Below, piece after piece: positions 21,440 through 31,241 of a stretch of 64,000 nt of DNA. The translations under genes and the position numbers were made by a program. The notes under the pieces are model-generated. The model saw nothing but the letters and a program-made list of their open reading frames with translations. It did not search any database and was not told the DNA's origin. The number at the start of each line of letters is the position of its first letter. The first letter of the stretch is position 1. Source of the stretch: a virus; the IMG/VR virus record IMGVR_UViG_3300045919_000631, positions 45,281-109,280 of that record; one strand, 5' to 3'.

Positions 21440-23380
21440 TTACGTGTTGGACGTTTGCAGTTCTCTGAGGGACATGCCTTTTGATGCATTGTTTACTATA
21501 GAATTGTTTGTTACTATGTTTGTCCCCATTTTCTTCATATTTTCAGCCATCTGTCGTAAAAACTTATTGCTCTCTGCAATCAATTCAACCTGACGTGATA
21601 GTAAAGACGTTGATGAACTTGATAGATCCTGAAGGATATCGTTGTTTTCCTCTGCTAATTTCAATGTTTCACCGAAATGTTTATCAAAGACACCACCAGC
21701 TTTAGCACCAATGATAGTATCATCTTTGCTCGGTTGAATAACTTTGCCGCTAGGTGTTTGAATAAAATCGTTTACTTGTTGGATTTGTGGTAATTTAGTT
21801 TTATCTGACTTTGCGGTCTGTAATTTATCATCCACTATAGGTCCCATATCTATGCCAAACGTTTTTGCTACTCTTGCTCGGAGTGAGAAGCCAAAAACAC
21901 TTTCAGGAATGAGCATTAATGCTTTTTTCTTTAACGACTCAACTAATTGACCGAAGGTATCTCTAAATTTTTCGCCAGAGCCTGCTGTAATTTCTTTTGC
22001 TTCTTTATAGCTTGATATTCCTGTTATTATATTTGATAATATTCCAAATCCTGGAACTGCCCAAGCCATTTTTAATAGCCCATCTTTTACATTTTCTAAA
22101 TTGCCACCTGAAGCTAATACCTCACCGAATCCTTCACCAAACATTGCAAAGTTTTTAACGAGTGGTAATTTATTCCACATCTTCCACAAGGAAGATGTCC
22201 ATGAGCCTATAAGATTTAACTTTGTAGCTGTTCTCTCTCCAGGATCACCTTTATTGCCTTTCCAATCTAGTATTGCATTGAAAGCGTCAAGACCAATACT
22301 TAGCGCTGTTCCTACACCAGGAACTAAAGATGTTATGCCACTAATTAAATCGATGGAGCCACCAACGATATCACCAGTTTTAAATCTTGTAGCAGCACTT
22401 GCCCACGATATAAAAGAACCAATTAGGGGCAATACCTTTAATGCAGGCTTAATAAGTTTTGAAGCACCACTGGCTGCCTTAGCAAACATTCCGAGATTTA
22501 ATTTACCAATTGCTTTGATTGGTGCATATAATAAACCTCCAAACGCTTTTTTGAATTCAGATGAAATTGCGCTTACCGCTTTTGATACAAACCCACCACT
22601 TGGGATACCTGCAGTAATTGCTTTAGATAAACCTGATAACATCGACGCAATAGGTTTCTTAACTTCTTTAATTAAATCAATTGCTTTACTCTTGAGACTT
22701 TTTGCAATTTCAGGAAATGACAATGTTGGTAGAAATTTACTGAGGTTGCTTTCTAAACTGCTTATTGCTTTTGAAAAAACTCCTTGAACTAAAGTAAATA
22801 TTGTCTTTGGTCCATATTTTGCAAGAAAGATTAATAACCCTTTTAATGGCCCGTTACTCATTAGTCCTGTTACCAAAGCCGCTAAACCTCCTAGCACTAC
22901 AAGAGCACCTCCTGTAAGTTTTTTGATAAGTGTCATGAACGGCAAATCCTGAACTGTATCATCTTCTTTTTCTTTTTTCTTTTTTGACTTGATTGACTTT
23001 AAAAAATCCTGAGCAGGTTTGCCGAATCCAGTTATGATTACAGGTTTTGGCTCTTCGACAATTTTTTCAGCGGCGGGAGCATCTTTTTTTGCTGTCTTTT
23101 TTACGAAGTCTAAAAACTTCTTAGTGATGTCTTGAAGAGGCTTCTCATCTTTTTCTCTCTTTTCTAATTTCTTTGGAGCAGGCTTTTCTTTTGTGGCTGT
23201 TACCACATTTACCTTTTTTTGCTCTTTTTTTGCCTCTTTTTTTGGTTCAAGTTTAATGGCCGCTACTTTCTTAGGAACAGCAGCATTTTTTTGCTTTTTA
23301 GCTGCATCAGCTATTTTAGCTGAAACAGATGTAAGCAATGCTATAGCTTCATTAATATCTTTAAACGGCTGATCTGCCAT
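21440..23380 (-). CDS. tape measure protein, gp29-like
   Basis: 646 aa helical G/A/K-rich with hydrophobic segments (LPLIGSFISW, VPGVGTALSIGLD); synteny. Confidence 0.7.
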   Translation of the reverse strand: MADQPFKDINEAIALLTSVSAKIADAAKKQKNAAVPKKVAAIKLEPKKEAKKEQKKVNVVTATKEKPAPKKLEKREKDEKPLQDITKKFLDFVKKTAKKDAPAAEKIVEEPKPVIITGFGKPAQDFLKSIKSKKKKEKEDDTVQDLPFMTLIKKLTGGALVVLGGLAALVTGLMSNGPLKGLLIFLAKYGPKTIFTLVQGVFSKAISSLESNLSKFLPTLSFPEIAKSLKSKAIDLIKEVKKPIASMLSGLSKAITAGIPSGGFVSKAVSAISSEFKKAFGGLLYAPIKAIGKLNLGMFAKAASGASKLIKPALKVLPLIGSFISWASAATRFKTGDIVGGSIDLISGITSLVPGVGTALSIGLDAFNAILDWKGNKGDPGERTATKLNLIGSWTSSLWKMWNKLPLVKNFAMFGEGFGEVLASGGNLENVKDGLLKMAWAVPGFGILSNIITGISSYKEAKEITAGSGEKFRDTFGQLVESLKKKALMLIPESVFGFSLRARVAKTFGIDMGPIVDDKLQTAKSDKTKLPQIQQVNDFIQTPSGKVIQPSKDDTIIGAKAGGVFDKHFGETLKLAEENNDILQDLSSSSTSLLSRQVELIAESNKFLRQMAENMKKMGTNIVTNNSIVNNASKGMSLRELQTSNT

Positions 23381-23400
23381 TTAAATATTTAATTAGAGCA

Positions 23401-24138
23401 TCACACTACAAAAAAGTCGGGGACAAGCTCAATATAGCTATCAAAACCAGGTATTTTTGTTAAAGCCTTTTCAGCATCTCTAACACCGTTAATATATTCA
23501 ACAATTCGCACAAATTCAGCGCTATCAAGTGATTCAATGATAGAAACATTTTGATTGATGTTATCTTTCATTAGGATCTGCGATCCTGTGCTCTGTACTT
23601 CGATTTTTTCAATAAATTTAAAAATCTCATACGAGAATAAGTCGCTAATTAATGATTTGAGTTTGCTGCTATCTACGTTCTCGTCTTTGTATTTCTTGAG
23701 AAGAATGCTATTAATTCTATTATCATATTCTAGACTAGGAACTCTCACATGGAATTTAAAGTTTGTTGACTCAATAATTTTTGGCTCAGGAAGATGTGTA
23801 GGCTTATTAGCAGCCATAATTTCTTTAATACTAAAGGATACATTATCTTGTTCACCGCCATCTTTTAACTGCCCTCTCAATGCAAGAGCTAAATTTACGC
23901 GATCAATCGTGTTGAGATCTGACATCTTTTCAGAACAATTTGACTCAAGAATTTTATAGAAGGTTGTATTAAAAAATAATACTGATAAATTGCTATCAAT
24001 TGCAGTTTCAATAATTGTCTTTTGCTGAGCTAAAGTCAGCGCAAAGACTTCAACGTTTTTAGCCAAAGATGGGGCCCACACAGATGTTTTTGTTCTAATT
24101 TTTTTAATATCTTCTAAAATTTTGCTAATGTCGCTCAT
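23401..24138 (-). CDS. baseplate hub assembly protein, gp26-like
   Basis: VWAPSL..LTLAQQKTII..LNTIDRVNLALALRG..DFF C-terminus. Confidence 0.65.
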   Translation of the reverse strand: MSDISKILEDIKKIRTKTSVWAPSLAKNVEVFALTLAQQKTIIETAIDSNLSVLFFNTTFYKILESNCSEKMSDLNTIDRVNLALALRGQLKDGGEQDNVSFSIKEIMAANKPTHLPEPKIIESTNFKFHVRVPSLEYDNRINSILLKKYKDENVDSSKLKSLISDLFSYEIFKFIEKIEVQSTGSQILMKDNINQNVSIIESLDSAEFVRIVEYINGVRDAEKALTKIPGFDSYIELVPDFFVV

Positions 24139-24146
24139 ATTATAAT

Positions 24147-24959
24147 TTATACTGGCTCATCTATTTTTCCAGTATCTGCTGTTTTTGACTGCTGCTCAAT
24201 CTCTTCTTTATATTTTGTTATCATTACTTTAGTCTCAGCATACGGAGTGTTTTCTAAATCCACATAATTATATCCAAGATGTTTTCTCAAATGATACTCC
24301 AAATCGAGAACCGTTGAATAATCTCCATCAAATATTATTTTTAGAAAATTTAATATTGATGAATCGTATATACTTATCTGATAATCATTTAAAGCTGTTA
24401 CCTTATATTTGAAATCTCCATACATTTTTATAAGCTTCTCAATTGCATCCTTGACTGGGAACGCAATTATATGATCAACTAGTATATCTCGATTTTCGGG
24501 TGTAATGTCTTCGAAGTCTTCGTCATTAGCTGTGGTTATATTAGCTATACTATCTTTAATACAATCCATTATATTGCTACTTGCAATAAAATTGGCTGGA
24601 GGGCCTAGCTGCAATTTAAATCCATTGCATTCATACTCAAGCAAGTCGTATTTTTTATTGAAAGCTTGAAAAAACAAATCTACAGATGTTGTAATTTCTT
24701 TATCATCTAAAATTAATCGAATATCGTCCCCTATTGTTAGGCTTCGAATATAAAGCAATATAAGAGTTTTTTCAATCACATTTGCTGGCTTTTTTCCAAC
24801 AACTTGGCTATCAATTACATCGTTAAATACTCGCACTAATGAAGGCAAGTCATCTACGAAAAGCAATTTCTGACAAAGCTTTTTATACTCCATAAAAGAC
24901 ATCTCCTTAACTTGAAATGTATTTTGAGCAGTTGCGACCTTTGATACAAAATTATCCAC
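24147..24959 (-). CDS. gp26-like protein with gp51-like C-terminus
   Basis: NVIEKTLILLYIRSLTIGD (gp26-like); LEYHLRKHLGYNYVDLENTPYAE (gp51-like). Confidence 0.6.
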   Translation of the reverse strand: MDNFVSKVATAQNTFQVKEMSFMEYKKLCQKLLFVDDLPSLVRVFNDVIDSQVVGKKPANVIEKTLILLYIRSLTIGDDIRLILDDKEITTSVDLFFQAFNKKYDLLEYECNGFKLQLGPPANFIASSNIMDCIKDSIANITTANDEDFEDITPENRDILVDHIIAFPVKDAIEKLIKMYGDFKYKVTALNDYQISIYDSSILNFLKIIFDGDYSTVLDLEYHLRKHLGYNYVDLENTPYAETKVMITKYKEEIEQQSKTADTGKIDEPV

Positions 24960-25728
24960 GATGTAACTTAGTTAGTAAATTTGGAAGTGAAGTCAAATTA
25001 CTAGATATTTCGTAATAGCTGTAAAGAAACGGAACGTTATATTTGTCTAATTGCTCAGCATCATATGACAACTCTCTCGATCCTACATTTAACGGAACAA
25101 CATCGTGAAACGTCCAAATTTTTCGCGGAATCATTGATACATGCTCCACGGTCTTTGCATATTGCAAGATTGTGATAGTGCCTTTTGTATTTTTATTTCT
25201 TTCTGCTATATTTGAAAGATCTCGAGCAACGTATCCGTGATGGCTTGCTAAAATAAGCCAAGGTCTAATAATAAAATCAGCAAATGATGTATTCGTCTCT
25301 CGAAATTGAATTGTTAGCTGCTCATTAGCGTATGATTCACGGTCACCTATTACTGATCCAGTTATAAACCCTCTGTTATTTTCAATTGATGCTGCTTTAA
25401 CTGAAAGTGTCTCAGGTGGTATGTCAACTCCCTGAACATATACACAACCAATCAGTTTTTGATTTTCATTTGCTAGTAAAGCTGCTTTAGCTTTATCAAT
25501 ATTAAAACTATCTTTGCTGCCTGTTACTATCTCTAAATTTTGCAGAATAGATGTGCGCAAGCCAATAGGAATATCATCAAAAACTACAACCCATTGAGTG
25601 CGTAGCGGTATAGAGTTATGCCAAATAGATAAATTATCTAGGAATGAATCTCTAAAACTGATTAGAGGAATTGCTCCGTCTTCTAATCCAATTGTCGCGT
25701 TTGTGTCAGCGTTAAAGATACCAGGCAT
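24952..25728 (-). CDS. tail tube initiator, gp54-like (tube fold)
   Basis: VQGVDIPPE..LTIQFRE..WTFHDVVPLNVG..LSYD..VPFLYSYY tube-fold motifs; immediately downstream of the tube gene. Confidence 0.7.
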   Translation of the reverse strand: MPGIFNADTNATIGLEDGAIPLISFRDSFLDNLSIWHNSIPLRTQWVVVFDDIPIGLRTSILQNLEIVTGSKDSFNIDKAKAALLANENQKLIGCVYVQGVDIPPETLSVKAASIENNRGFITGSVIGDRESYANEQLTIQFRETNTSFADFIIRPWLILASHHGYVARDLSNIAERNKNTKGTITILQYAKTVEHVSMIPRKIWTFHDVVPLNVGSRELSYDAEQLDKYNVPFLYSYYEISSNLTSLPNLLTKLHRG

Positions 25729-25748
25729 AGTAATATTTATGCCTGGTA
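25719..25748 (-). promoter_or_regulatory. 11-bp hairpin enclosing the late promoter and start codon of the gp54-like gene
   Basis: TACCAGGCATA-aatattac-TATGCCTGGTA on the minus strand; TAAATA at 25739-25734; ATG at 25728 lies in the 3' arm. Confidence 0.7.
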
Positions 25749-25759
25749 ATAAAAATCAA

Positions 25760-26305
25760 TTATCCTGTTTTGCGCCAGAAATGATAAGCAATAGTAACAT
25801 CAAAGTTTTGAACTTCGCCAGTTGATGTAATATCATACTCTAGAGTTCCAACATTTCTAATGCTTACACCAACAAGCTGGATTTTTGATACTGGATCAAG
25901 CTGCTTATTTAATTGAAGTAAATCAATTGTAGCATTTCTTGTTGGTATGAAATAATTTCCTGTGCTTGATGCATCACTAAACGTGTTTTCGCTTACTTGT
26001 AAAAACTTTTGGCGTAGTGCTTGAGCCTCATCACCATAAAAGTTAATTTTATATTCAGCGCTTCCTTCATACTGAACAACGCCTGGCACGTTAAATTTCA
26101 ATCCCATATAAGGGGTCTCGATATTAACGATGCTTTTACCTGGCACAGATGCTGTACGAGCATATACTAGCTCAGTTTCATTGAGCACTGTTGGGCTGTT
26201 TTCACCGAAATTAATGCTAAGTACTCTAAACAAATTTGTTCGAGCAAAATCTTTACGTTGTGCTTGGGTGTAAAACTGCTGAATTGTTTGGATTGTTTGT
26301 GCCAT
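25760..26305 (-). CDS. gp19: tail tube protein, gp19-like
   Basis: ARTNLFRV..ARTASVPG..PYMGLKFNVPG..LLQL..FDVTIAYHFW; downstream of sheath; TAAATA at 26316-26311. Confidence 0.9.
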   Translation of the reverse strand: MAQTIQTIQQFYTQAQRKDFARTNLFRVLSINFGENSPTVLNETELVYARTASVPGKSIVNIETPYMGLKFNVPGVVQYEGSAEYKINFYGDEAQALRQKFLQVSENTFSDASSTGNYFIPTRNATIDLLQLNKQLDPVSKIQLVGVSIRNVGTLEYDITSTGEVQNFDVTIAYHFWRKTG

Positions 26306-26316
26306 GATATTATTTA

Positions 26317-26514
26317 TTATCCGAGTATTAGTTGACTATTGGCTGACGTATCTTTGCTATCAAGTAAAATGTTCTTAATATTAATTTCACTGCGATTATA
26401 CCAAGCCCCATTTATTTTATAACCAATTGATGTAGACTCTTCAATAGTACCACTTCTTTCAAGTGGATCATATTTTGTAGTGTAGAATACTGTTTGGCCT
26501 TTTGATGCGCTCAT
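26317..26514 (-). CDS. small hypothetical protein
   Basis: ORF between sheath and tube; ATG at 26514 preferred over TTG at 26526. Confidence 0.55.
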   Translation of the reverse strand: MSASKGQTVFYTTKYDPLERSGTIEESTSIGYKINGAWYNRSEINIKNILLDSKDTSANSQLILG

Positions 26515-26518
26515 AAAA

Positions 26519-28894
26519 TTATCCAACTAGCTCGTTAAAATTGACTCCCGTGCGTGTTGCATTGAAGTTTACTAAAATAAACTCTGCTGTACGGACCGGT
26601 TTTAGGTATATATCAACAACTAATTCATTTGCATCAATAATATCTGGAGTATTATTACGAGTGTCACAAACAATCATATAGTCGTATAATCCTTCCGTAT
26701 TCTTTGCGTATTCAAAGATTGGAGTAAGAGTATTAACTAGATTTGTTCTTGTTAAGAGAGTGTTTGGCTCAAATACGTAATATTTAGCAGCAGCTGCTGT
26801 AGCTTTTTCAAGAGCTAAGAATAAACGACGAACATTGATTCTATCAAACACGCTCGGGCGCTTTAAGAGAGTCTTTTGTCCGTAAATTACTAGACCTTCA
26901 TTTGCAAAATATGCAACAGGGTTTGTGCTAATTTTATAGAGCTGATCGCGTTGTTTTTGTTTTGGATACAACGCAGCTCCTGTAACACCTTTTACAACTC
27001 CTCTATTAAACCCAGCTGGTGCTTGCCATGGTTGCGAGTTAGAATCTGTAAGAGCCATTGCTGCGGCAGCAAAGCCTGAAAATGGAACATATACTTGACC
27101 ATCTAACACACCATCATATGCTTGAACCCAATTATCATACGTTGTAGCGTAACTTGTATTAACAGTTGCAAGAACGTTGCGAATTGCGTTATAAACATTC
27201 TGTGAGAAATTATTGGCAACATTGTCAAGTGTTTTGAAGTTTTGACCTTGTACGAAGATTTCTCTTGGAAGATCTGCAATGAACAAGTGATCTTTTCTTA
27301 CAAATTCAGCAAATTGAGCAAATCTTTGGAATACTGAATTCCAATCTGCTGCAAATGCAGCAGCATCTGCGGGCCAAACTGTGATATCTGCGGCGGCTAA
27401 TCCGCTTATAGCGCTCACAAATACATTATCATCAAAGTATTCTGTGCCTGTCTGGCCGCTTAGATAATTTTTGACAGCATAGATTGTTGAAAGGCCACCA
27501 TCAACTGTGATATCAAGGTTATAGAGATCTGCATTTTCTGCAATACTAAACATTCTATCAAGCTTTAATGGAATTGCACCAAGATATTTGTTTTGTGGAT
27601 TTGTATCTGCAAATGCGCCGACTGTGAATAAGCTATCTGCAGCATTTAAGTATGCCCAAGAAGATGTCAATGTTTTGATTAATGACTGTGTTTGCTGATA
27701 GCTTGTGCTACCATACGCTCCAGACAATGTCACCAATGTGCTTGACAATAATGGTACGTTAGCGCATTTTGATGTAATAATGCGCACTTTATTTGATGGA
27801 TTACCTGCAACGTCTAACCAAGTTGCTCCATTTTTGTGAGATATGTAATCGTTGATTAACACTTGCACATTTGGAGAGTTATCTTCAACAGCTCCTAAAA
27901 ATAGATTAATTGGCTGGCCACCTTGCTGGCTATTTACTTGACGATAATAATCAAGTGAACCAACATATTTTTCAGCGAGAGTGTAATCAAGCTTGATTGT
28001 TGTTGGTGAGAATGTTGACTGCTTTAATTTAAACAATCCAAATGATATCATGTCATCGTTTGTTCTCGTATTAAGATCAAACTGACTTAAATTTTCCATC
28101 ACTTCAGAAATGCTTGCATTAATTTGACCGTAAGATGATGGAGTTGCATCTGATGCAGCTGAAAGAATGAAATTTAGACGAGATGCAGGTAATACTGTGT
28201 AGTTATATGTGCTTGTAGCAGAGTATGACACAGATTGAACATTTAAAATTTCATCAAAATTTGTTGCGGGCGTTGCGTTTGTATTGTCTGCTAAACCAAC
28301 GTAATATCCTTCGTATCGAGGATTTACTGTTGTTTGACCAATGTTTAAAACAATAATACCAGCATTGCCTAAATCAGAAAAAGAGTTAAAAGTTCCAAGT
28401 GGGCTATTTTTCCAAGAAAACCCGTTTTGCTGAACCAAATTATTATACTGAGTCTGGTTTAACTCGAAGTGGTCAGGTTGTCCGATCAAATATAATACAC
28501 CAGATGTGTATTGATTGAGAGTTGTAAGAGCCGTGCCATATGCATTACGGTCTTGAGAAATATCAACAGCTGTTACTGGATAAACTAATGCACCGAATGA
28601 ACTGCCAAATCCAACACCGTTGCCACTACCGTATGGGAGTCTGTATACGCTCACATTTGCCTGCGTTTTTAACAGCGGCTCAACTGTGTGATACAAATAA
28701 CGTTCTGCTGGGGTAGTAGGGCTACCAAAAATTTGAGTATATTCTGCAAGAGTCGATACTGTAATAACTTCATCAGTTGGTCCTGATGGAGCAAAACCTG
28801 CCGCTAAAATATTCGTACCCGATGGCAGCACTGGTTGCTGTTGCAACTCGTTTTCAGCAATTTGGACGCCTGGTGAAGTGATTGTAAGTGCCAT
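26519..28894 (-). CDS. gp18: tail sheath protein, gp18
   Basis: SPGVQIAE, PWQAPAGFNRG, YGQKTL..FDRINVRRLFL, FEPN, DIYLKPVRTAEFILVNFNATRTG. Confidence 0.97.
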   Translation of the reverse strand: MALTITSPGVQIAENELQQQPVLPSGTNILAAGFAPSGPTDEVITVSTLAEYTQIFGSPTTPAERYLYHTVEPLLKTQANVSVYRLPYGSGNGVGFGSSFGALVYPVTAVDISQDRNAYGTALTTLNQYTSGVLYLIGQPDHFELNQTQYNNLVQQNGFSWKNSPLGTFNSFSDLGNAGIIVLNIGQTTVNPRYEGYYVGLADNTNATPATNFDEILNVQSVSYSATSTYNYTVLPASRLNFILSAASDATPSSYGQINASISEVMENLSQFDLNTRTNDDMISFGLFKLKQSTFSPTTIKLDYTLAEKYVGSLDYYRQVNSQQGGQPINLFLGAVEDNSPNVQVLINDYISHKNGATWLDVAGNPSNKVRIITSKCANVPLLSSTLVTLSGAYGSTSYQQTQSLIKTLTSSWAYLNAADSLFTVGAFADTNPQNKYLGAIPLKLDRMFSIAENADLYNLDITVDGGLSTIYAVKNYLSGQTGTEYFDDNVFVSAISGLAAADITVWPADAAAFAADWNSVFQRFAQFAEFVRKDHLFIADLPREIFVQGQNFKTLDNVANNFSQNVYNAIRNVLATVNTSYATTYDNWVQAYDGVLDGQVYVPFSGFAAAAMALTDSNSQPWQAPAGFNRGVVKGVTGAALYPKQKQRDQLYKISTNPVAYFANEGLVIYGQKTLLKRPSVFDRINVRRLFLALEKATAAAAKYYVFEPNTLLTRTNLVNTLTPIFEYAKNTEGLYDYMIVCDTRNNTPDIIDANELVVDIYLKPVRTAEFILVNFNATRTGVNFNELVG

Positions 28895-28925
28895 ATGCTA
28901 TTATTTATGGTTTTCAAACCAAAAA

Positions 28926-29534
28926 TTATAACGGTACAGCAAAGAACTGGGAAAACGAAAACTTAAACCCTGATGTAATCTCATCTGGGTCTTTATAATC
29001 GTAGCTAATTCCATTTAGCGACACGGGAAATGCTTTTGTGTATGTAAATTGCATTACTGGTTTTTCAAACTCATCAAGGGCATACACTGTTAAGTCAGCC
29101 TGATATTTCTCGGGAGCCACTTTCTGTGGGTTTGCAATAGCATTTTGTGGAGTATCGCTCCGGGCATCATAATATGACACTTTTTGATCATTTAATATGT
29201 CTAGCCAGCGATATATAACGTAATAATTATTAAATTTGTTGTCAATTGTAAAGCCGACATCTATATCAGCATAAGGTTCTCTATTATTTGATGATACTTT
29301 AAAAGACTGGCCGCTATAGCCAGCTGTTATACCCGGTACTATAATTTCTGGAACAACTGACCCAAATACAGAGAATTGAAGTGATTTCTCGACAAATAAT
29401 TTTTTATCTCTCGAAGATAAATCACTTGTTGCTAAATCTTTTAGAGCTGCGGGGTAATTTAATACAAGCAGAAATTTATCTTTTCTGCTTTTATTAAGCT
29501 GTGATTGAATATTATTATCTATGATCTCACTCAT
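28926..29534 (-). CDS. tail tube terminator/completion protein, gp3-like
   Basis: VGFTIDNKFNNYYVIYRWL..AFPVSLNGISYD..FSFSQF; ATGA overlap with the terminase stop. Confidence 0.7.
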   Translation of the reverse strand: MSEIIDNNIQSQLNKSRKDKFLLVLNYPAALKDLATSDLSSRDKKLFVEKSLQFSVFGSVVPEIIVPGITAGYSGQSFKVSSNNREPYADIDVGFTIDNKFNNYYVIYRWLDILNDQKVSYYDARSDTPQNAIANPQKVAPEKYQADLTVYALDEFEKPVMQFTYTKAFPVSLNGISYDYKDPDEITSGFKFSFSQFFAVPL

Positions 29535-31222
29535 CGCATTGGCTTCCAACCCGAACTCATTAGATCAGCAATCTCATCTGGTTCTGAATTATTTGGTCCA
29601 ATTATAAATGGATTAACGTTTCCAGCACCGGATGAATCACTTTCATTATAGAATGAATGCGGGTTCGTAAAATACTTAATACCAAAATCAATTTGCTTTA
29701 TTAATAGCGGTCTATTGTTTGAGTCGTGTTTGAGAATTTCGAAATATCTCTGAACAATCGCTTCGTCAAGTACGAGCAACGCCCACACCATGCTCATTAC
29801 TCTATCGTCATTAATATTTGTACCTGTTCTAGCGCTCCATGTACCATTTGCGTTGCGCATAAAGTTTTTAAGCTCTTTTACAAGATTAACATCTCTAATT
29901 TGAACAACTTCGAGTTCATTTACCCAATATCTCATATTAGTGATGCCTGTAAATTTTGTGTTTGTGTGATTTATGATACCTAATTGATCTTTAGAGCGGC
30001 CAGCTGCTGATGCACCCCAAGATACTATATTTTCATATTGGTGGACGTTTCGTAAACTATCAACGACTTGCGCTCCGCAGCTATTTCGCTCAATACAAGC
30101 AAGTGGTTTACCCCATTGCGTTAATATTTCATATACCTTTTCAGTGAAATTATATGGAGATATGCTATTATTATGATAGCAAGCCACTTGCTTAATATTT
30201 GTTAACTCTGTAATATCAAAGATATTAACGACTGATGCATCTCTGTCAATTCCTTCTCCAACGTCAATGCCAGCTACATATATTTGACCATCAATTGGCT
30301 GTTCCCATATTTGATAGTGACCATCCTCCATTAGGTACTTTGGTTGCTTAATTTGCATGAGCAGTTTCTCGTACAATTCTTCATTTACTGTGCTTTCTCC
30401 AGCGTCAAGAAATTCACAGCCAAATTCTTGATTAAACGCTTCTTCACTGCCGATTGTGGCAATTGTTTGTTTTCTCCAGCGTTCATCTCTGCCAGGGACT
30501 TCATTCCAGAGAATTTTATCACAACTCCAACCGTTACTACCTTCCTCAGCTCCTTTATATAAAGTGTAAAACAAGTTTCCGGTGCCGTTTGCAGTTGATG
30601 CTATAAAAATTTTAGATTTTTTAGATGATGAAACGATTGGATAAACTGATTTCCAAAATTCCTCAACTAAATGAGAGTCAATAAATGCTAATTCATCCAA
30701 AATCAAACAATTGATAGATTGACCTCTAGCAGCTGTACCAGTTGTTGTAGATATGCCAATTTTGGATCCATTTGCTAATACCATTGAGGTTTTGCCATAT
30801 TCTTTAACGCCGGGCTTGAGCCAATTTGGTAACTCTTCATACGCTAAACGAATTCTTCGAAAAATTTCAATTGCGGTTCCTTCTTTATTAGCAACAATTA
30901 AAATGCTTTGATCTTTTAAAAAGCATGCAATCCATAGAGCGTAAATTGTTAACAATGTAGTTTTACCAATTTGGCGGCTGGCTAACAGCACAAAGAACCT
31001 TTCATCTCTCATCTTTCTAATAGCTCTTTTTTGACAAGGATGCAAAGCAATTTTTTGCTTGCCTTCATCTAGTGACACTATATAAAAGTAGTTTTCAGCA
31101 AAATACAGCAAGTTCTTATTGCATTTTGATATCTCTTGAACCATCTCTGATGTATATTCAAATTCCGCATCAGCAGTTGGGAGATTAGGATTATTTAGAT
31201 ATGTCTGTTTATTCTTAGTCAT
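29531..31222 (-). CDS. gp17: terminase large subunit, gp17
   Basis: YLNNPNLP, ASRQIGKTT, LILDELAF, ASTANG, FNQEFGCEF, AGIDVGEG, DDRVM. Confidence 0.97.
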   Translation of the reverse strand: MTKNKQTYLNNPNLPTADAEFEYTSEMVQEISKCNKNLLYFAENYFYIVSLDEGKQKIALHPCQKRAIRKMRDERFFVLLASRQIGKTTLLTIYALWIACFLKDQSILIVANKEGTAIEIFRRIRLAYEELPNWLKPGVKEYGKTSMVLANGSKIGISTTTGTAARGQSINCLILDELAFIDSHLVEEFWKSVYPIVSSSKKSKIFIASTANGTGNLFYTLYKGAEEGSNGWSCDKILWNEVPGRDERWRKQTIATIGSEEAFNQEFGCEFLDAGESTVNEELYEKLLMQIKQPKYLMEDGHYQIWEQPIDGQIYVAGIDVGEGIDRDASVVNIFDITELTNIKQVACYHNNSISPYNFTEKVYEILTQWGKPLACIERNSCGAQVVDSLRNVHQYENIVSWGASAAGRSKDQLGIINHTNTKFTGITNMRYWVNELEVVQIRDVNLVKELKNFMRNANGTWSARTGTNINDDRVMSMVWALLVLDEAIVQRYFEILKHDSNNRPLLIKQIDFGIKYFTNPHSFYNESDSSGAGNVNPFIIGPNNSEPDEIADLMSSGWKPMR

Positions 31223-31230
31223 TGCTTCTA

Positions 31231-31240
31231 TAAATATTTA
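31231..31240. promoter_or_regulatory. palindromic bidirectional late promoter TAAATATTTA
   Basis: Perfect palindrome in the 19-nt gap between divergent gp17 and the 31242 gene. Confidence 0.7.
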
Positions 31241-31241
31241 C

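Noticed and set aside
22101-22787. 228-aa plus-strand ORF and other short alternative-frame ORFs in the track
   Set aside because: Fully nested antisense or out of frame within well-supported genes, with no promoter or motif support
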